64,000 nucleotides of DNA from Chlorokybus atmophyticus (lineage: Eukaryota; Plantae; Mesostigma and Chlorokybus algae), in assembly GCA_009103225.1 (NCBI GenBank), contig RHPI01000560.1, positions 664,524-728,523 of the forward strand. The letters run 5' to 3'. Made by a program: the position numbers and the translations under genes. The notes beneath the pieces were generated by a model that made no database searches, was not told where the DNA came from, and saw only the letters and a program-made list of their open reading frames with translations. Shown one piece after another: positions 57,901 to 64,000 of this stretch (position 1 is the first letter of the stretch; each line of letters begins with the position of its first letter).

Positions 57901-58925
57901 CATAAATCGTCACAGTCAGAAGCTCAGCGCTAATCAGTAGCCATCTGCACGCATACGCGTTGTGAGTCGGCAGCGCCGTCGGCACTGGTGCCGATGGTAT
58001 GATGCCCCCCGCCGCCCTGCCCTTCTACTTAATAAGCCGCCGTCGCACCACATGCTACTACAATTATGGGGAGGGGAGCATGACGCCGCCACAGTTGCCA
58101 TATGTCTTACCCACAGCAGCCATTTTTCAAGTGTCCCATAGACAATCGATACTTGAGAATGGCTGCTGCAGCATTGGTCTTCGCACTTTTGCAGCCGCTT
58201 GCGCACGGCAGCAAATCTTAATCAAGGTGTAGCGTCAGGAATCGGATTGCCCTTAAAAAAATGGGCTTATTCAATTTGTCGAATTGGTTTTGTTTGCAAA
58301 CCTGCGCGGGCGTTACATACCTATTAAATATAACATTAGAGCCTATGCGGGTCGGACGCAATCTTATTATCATAGGTAGGAGGTCAGAGCCCCCCCTTTT
58401 ACACCACAGCCCCCCACCTGAATAGGGGGGGGGGGGGGGNNNNNNNNNNNNNNNNNNNNNNNNNNNNNNNNNNNNNNNNNNNNNNNNNNNNNNNNNNNNN
58501 NNNNNNNNNNNNNNNNNNNNNNNNNNNNATGGGGGGGGGGGGGGGGGGTCATTTCATTAATGGGGGCTATATCGCAGTGTCACCATATTTTCGTCAAAAG
58601 TAGCGGGTAAAAAGTTTTTATCTCGTAAAAGCCCCTCCAGATTATACATTTTGTTTCTATAGTTCAAATAATTAAAGAGAATAAATTTTGTCGAGAAACA
58701 TTTACTGCAAATGCCGTAAAGCAGCCAACCGGAGTTATGTATAAGAATTTCGCGGCACTACGGTATTCAATCGCAATGTTGCGTGTGATACAATACACAA
58801 ATAAGCGCCTGCATGTTGTACCATATATTACACTTAGAAATACACATTGATATTGGTCACCAGTCTTCATTAATCACTATAGCGATTGGCAATTGCTACA
58901 GTCATTGCCAACGCTGCCTTCACTG

Positions 58926-61412
58926 CTATGAATAATGGGCATCGCGCTCAATATCGTACGTAAAGTTCTTGTCTGCTCTCTCCTTCTCCAAGCGCTCTGC
59001 CTCTTCATTCTCCTCATTTAAATCTTCCTGCTCCTCAGTGGGCGGCTCTTCGCGGGACAAAGCCTCAGGTTCATCACTAGCGCTACCTTGTCATGTCACA
59101 TGACAGGGCAGAGCTAGCATGAAGACATACACAGTGTATGTCTTGCTCCACAATGTCGTTGTAACATACATGGAATGGGACATATATGAGATATGTAGCT
59201 CTCCATATGGCAGCGACTTTTGCTGCCATGGCCTAAAGGTGCCAATGTTACAGCTGTCCTCATTGCTGTCCATGGCGTGGCTCAAGTTGACCTCACACTT
59301 CATGAAGGCTTTCTTGATCAGCTTCGCTGGAATCTTTTCTCAACCTCTGCGCATCCAGTCGCACACTTGCGCTTTGTTGAAGTGGCATTGATGTCCAGCT
59401 GGCGTGAAAGTGTGTTGAGTGGTGTCCGCCAACCACATGATCAACTGCGCAACCCACAACTCCTCATTAGCAATGCACTCAACATGCCTGAATGTGCATA
59501 CGCATTGCGTATTGTAGTGCTTTGGCAATGCACTACAAATTGCGCATGCATATACGGTTTACCTCAACTTGCATGAAGACCTTAAAAGGTCTGCAAATAA
59601 ATACATCGAGTGGTTGGACAATGGAAGGCAACCCGCCAGGGTTGACTGCCGTCATTCTTAAGAGTCACAAAATGGACCTGCAAAACTGTCCCACACTAGC
59701 AACCCGCGTGCTTAAACACATGCATGTGATATTGTATTATGCGCGCGCTCACGTATGTTTACTTATGAGAGGCTTTGCTGATCCGGTTGGGGCGCTTTTG
59801 CACCACCTCCTTCACATGCAACCTGTACGACTCATCTTTCATCTAACCGTTCTTGTTTGCCCATACCAGGACATATGATGGATTGAGATCACGAGGTACC
59901 GATGTGCGCTAGAGAATGACGACTAGTAGCAGCTTGAACCCATCCGTTGCACACCTCAACACTACAATCATGTTCTTCTTTTTGTGGCCAATGCCACACA
60001 CATGGACATCCCTGCTGCCAGTCTGGTTGATGGTGTAGTCCGCCATGATATTGTAACACATACACGATTCTAGCCTTAAGGTACTTACTTGCAGCCCGTG
60101 ATTTCCACATATCTGAAAAAGCGTTTACCTTCCCCACAACATTTTTTTGCAAACGCTAAGCAGCTTTTGTACGTCTGCGCGAGCGTTTAATGCGCAAGAT
60201 CAATTTAAATACTTTCATGAAGTGACGCAGCCACCTCAAGGATGCTTTAAACGAGAGCATGTCCTCTGCACCATGCTCTTCGTTTCAATGCCGTATCAGC
60301 TTGCGCGCATGCTCGTGCGCATGAGTAAAACATGCATTAGCATGTGAACAACACGCATGTGCATGTGAACCAGGAGACAGACACTGCATTCATGACGCAA
60401 TGTAAATATGTGGAGCAGACTTGATTTATAGGTGCTATGACACACATGCCTCTTGTGCGCTAGTTTATCACAGAATTGTAGCAACCATCATCAACCATAA
60501 CAGCACCTGGTGCCCGGCGTCCATCCTTGAAGCGAGAGCGCACCTGCGAAGTGTCTTGAATTTTTGGCCTTCACTCACCTACCATATGCGTATTCTTGTG
60601 GTTAACACGTCTGACTTGCGCGCCACTTACTTCTTGCTCCAGCCTTGGTCAAGCCGCCGAACTCTTTGCTGCTACACAACAGGCACACAGATAAATGCCG
60701 TGCATTTAAACAACATGTAAGGGCAAGAGTGCACAAGTGCAGTCATGTGTTAACACACATTAGCAGCATCGTACATGCGCGATCATCATAATGGTGTAGT
60801 ATTACTTTGTGTGCATCATGTTACAAGCTTAAGCATGCACAGATACAAGTGCTGTTAACTTCACTTGTATGTGTGAAGTTAACAGCACTTGTATGTGTTC
60901 GTATCACATGCTCAACAGTGCACATGTGCAAAGAATGAGTGCAAAGGATCAATTCTCGTGAGCATTCATTTCAGCACTCCCAAGGGGTGAAGCGTGCAGG
61001 ACTTGTGTGCGTTCATATTGCATGTATAAGATTGCATATGTAACGCAAGCAATGCATAGAATCAATTGATTTTTAAAAGCGTTCAGCAAGAGTACACTGT
61101 CGCAAGAGTATAGTACATGTGTTTTCACTCTCACACCTTCTGCCATCAACCAAAACTGGGTGCGTATGTATTGTTTGTAAACAAGAAGACGTGCTTCTGA
61201 GCTTCACGCTAGGGTTGCCATTCTTTACGTCCCACACCTGCAAAACGTTCACCGCCTGCGTGCCGAGCCACATCTGCGTCATCATACTCAGCAGCTGCGG
61301 CGGCGGCGGCGGCAGCTGCAGTGGCGGCAGCAGCTAAGGTTGCAGTTGCGGCGGCCTGTGTCTCCGCTTAAATAGCAGCCTCTTGCCTCGCATGCTGCTT
61401 CAATGCAGCCAT
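58926..61412 (-). pseudogene. Second pogo-family transposase pseudogene (pogoK/TIGD-like) with introns
   Basis: *PRLEQEV; ASLRWLRHFMK (CENP-B HTH); TINQTGSRDVHVCGIGHKKKNMIVVLRCATDGFKL; ANKNG*MKDE; LVWDSFAG; NPGGLPSIVQPLDV..RPFK; FTPAG..VCDWMRRG*EKIPAKLIKKAFMKC..AMDSNED; acidic tail. Confidence 0.88.
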
Positions 61413-61630
61413 AGCGCCTCGGCAGCCACCACCACGGACCACCACTGCCAATACTGCCTTTGCGCTAAAATGAGCAAAGTCTGTGGCTTTACGCGCATCG
61501 GCGACTCGTCCAAACAGAAGCTGCCTAGGTTCAATACAAGGCAGCCATCTCCCCTCCCCNCCCCCCCTGCGCGAGTAAAATCTCTGTTGTATAAAAAGGA
61601 GTGGGGGGCTAACATATTCATGTAAAAAGA

Positions 61631-61657
61631 GGGAGCTTCTGTTCGAGTAAATACGAA
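61631..61657 (-). repeat. pogo-type terminal inverted repeat remnant (5' end of the second element)
   Basis: Reverse complement reads TTCGTATTTACTCGAACAGAAGCTCCC, close to TACCGTATTTACTCG-type termini; the partner TIR near 58.3-58.8 kb is not clear. Confidence 0.55.
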
Positions 61658-61751
61658 CGCCTTTTAACAAATGGCAGACGCTTACTTGTTGACCAACGTT
61701 TGTAAAGCGATAAAATGTTTGATTGATGATTGATATGCGCGATTTCCACAG

Positions 61752-62545
61752 CCTACATTTCACGCCCGCACCGCCACCGCAGCACAAAGACTTGAAAGAT
61801 GAGATACGCATCAGACCTGAGAAGTACCACATTTTGGTCTTAATTCAGGTGGGATTGTTGTGTGGGTGTGTTGGTTTGTGGGTGTAGGTTGATACGTCAT
61901 TGTTATCGTTATATCCGATTGAGGTGTGAGGCATTTGTTGTTTAACGTGCGGCCAAGGCATTATTTTGCAATTGCGGCGCGAGCGCACGCACAGCGTGCC
62001 ATTGGTGGAGTTGTTGGGGAAGGTTGTGGAGGTGATGCGGCAGGTGGGGGGAGCGATGGCGATGTCGGCAAAGAGCAGCTTTCGGCGTATATCATATGCA
62101 GTCGCGGAAATGACTCGCAGCTCGCTGTCCAAGTAAAGCTCAAGTAAATAGCGTTGTCGTGTGTGTGCATGCGCGAGTGCATATGTACGTGGGCGCACGC
62201 TTGTGTGTGTCTATGCGTGCGCGAGCGCGTGCACCTATGCATGCGCGTATGCACGACTCATGTGGGGTTGTTGTTTATATGTGTATGTATTGTTAGGCGC
62301 TGCATAAGGCCGGGTTGCATAGGGCGAAGGATGTTGTGCGTAGATTGGAGAACTGGCGCAGCCTGGTGGATCCAATTGTCCCAAGCTATTAAATTGGTGA
62401 CTGGATGTGTTGTGAGGATTGCCACCAAGTGACATTTGTGTTGATTGAGTGCTTAATGACGGCGTTAAAGTTCAGCAAACAAGTACGATTAGTGACATAC
62501 TTTGACTCCCACAACTGCACATCAGTAAGACAATATTGTACCACC
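61752..62545 (+). pseudogene. Intron-retaining duplicate of the MOCS3 3' end (rhodanese exons plus 3' UTR)
   Basis: Collinear with ~54315-55080: KDLKDE..RPEKYH|..VRHLLFNVRPRH..CSRGNDSQLAVQ|ALHKAGLHRAKD..PSY* (TAA 62390-62392); 2-nt deletion near 61988 shifts the frame. Confidence 0.92.
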
Positions 62546-64000
62546 ATGGACACAACCAATTCTATGGCCACAATTTCACACCCCATCTATAACATGCACG
62601 CCACACACATACAAAAGTTCCAGGAGAGCGTTGACACGCATGGTATTTCCCTACCAAATCAAGCCAATACGTTGCTCACTAAGCGCCGCATTGTGTCTAT
62701 AAGAAGCGGACATGATGTTGGCAGCGGTTGGTGGCCTGTGCCCCTTGTACAGTTTCACGAAGATGATATTACTGAAAACTGTTTACCGGACAGTGATCAT
62801 GAACAGTGAACATCTGCTAAAAATATACACGCTCCGGCAGTCCGGACACGCTATGTGCATTTTGGCCATTGTGAGCAACATTTCTGATCAACATATCCTA
62901 CTGCACAGCGCTCCGCACAAGACTCGGTTTGCCATAGCTCATGCTCCAAGGCGTCACGCGCTGCTTGTGCGGCGTGGACAACACGCCTGACGTGTGGCAT
63001 ACCGCGGTGTACCCCTGCCATAGGATAGCCATCGTACCCACGTCATGTCAGTAGTCAACTAATGGTCTATTTTATTGGATAAGACCGGATGTGATGATCG
63101 TGATAGGTCTGACTATATCTGAGTCGTTGTATTGTAATGATGTTGCGGCAAATAAGCTGCTTGTTAATTGCCTAGTTATGTTTAAACAGGCGTTTATACA
63201 GGCATTTAGCAGAGCTAAGAGTTGTCGCCGTGGTATATAAGTGGCAGTCGCAGCTCAACATAGCATCCCCTTTTTTACTGTTCTTGGCAGCAAGTGTGCC
63301 TACTTGCATAGCAATCAGGGTCCCTAGCATAGTGAGGCTCATACAACAAGCTGTATAATTTTGAAAGTAATATAAGTAATATAACCTTTTGTATTGCGCA
63401 ATGAGCGTGCTATGCATGTCATACAATGCATGTCATGAATGTGACTGAGGGATGATTTGTGAGTAAGTGCATGTGTTCAGTTACGTGTGTGAACTCACGT
63501 CCGCGTACTTTGCCTAGCGGCGTGACCGGCCTACCACAGACGGAGCGCACTTGTTGCGTTGTGCCGTAGGGTAAGTATGCCTAACTTGGGGCTGTTTGGA
63601 GGTCATAAGGTTATGGCTTCCGCGGTGTTGGTTTTTTGGCTGCCATGTATATGTATGATGTGTGAACTAAGTTTTTCCCTACACAGCCATATTTTTAAGG
63701 GTTTTTTTGGCCTAGTATCACGTTAGTTGCAGTAGGCCAAAGTTGGGGTGTGAAAGCTGTCAGTCTCAAAAGTCGCGGGCCCTAACCTGGGGACTCGATA
63801 CAGCCTGCCAAAGGCTGTCAGCAGACTGCAGCCTGTGCTGAAGGCTGTTCAAGGCAACCTTGCAGCCATTTCGGCATGGCTGCGGCCAGTGGGAGCAGGC
63901 TGGGGGGGCAGGCGGACACGCAGGTGATAGCCTTGACATGCAGGCTATTTGGGCTGCAGGCAATGCTTGCCGCCAAGCGACGAGCATTGCCTTCATTGCA

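Noticed and set aside
62550-63050. Coding-like stretch after the MOCS3 duplicate
   Set aside because: All frames are interrupted and nothing is recognisable.

Overview
Eukaryotic nuclear DNA, intron-dense, with short GT-AG introns rich in (CA/TG)n. The genes are plant-like (ABCC1/2-type transporter, PUKI) and one is a motile-cilium factor (DNAAF11), which suggests a flagellated green alga, possibly an early streptophyte (inference). Seven host genes can be reconstructed by hand: DNAAF11/LRRC6 (-), a TPR protein (-), an ABCC1/2-like ABC transporter (+), a ZIP/ZupT metal transporter (-), an SLC38/AVT-type amino-acid transporter (+), a PfkB pseudouridine kinase ending in PTS1 (-) and MOCS3/UBA4 (+). 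Between them lie decayed repeat blocks: a full-length Ty3/gypsy chromovirus (two LTRs, TATTC target-site duplication, chromodomain), two different intron-containing pogo-family transposase pseudogenes, pogo-type MITE termini, a nested inverted-repeat element, several perfect hairpins, and two local gene-fragment duplications (ZIP exon 1; MOCS3 rhodanese exons). No CRISPR array, rRNA, tRNA or prokaryotic operon is visible, and I cannot demonstrate a clear new system. The best leads are a cupin/JmjC-like gene relic lying tail-to-tail with a pogo transposase, a covarying-hairpin tandem repeat behind an intronless coiled-coil ORF, and a possible alternative ZIP first exon. All family assignments come from motif recognition by eye; no search was run.
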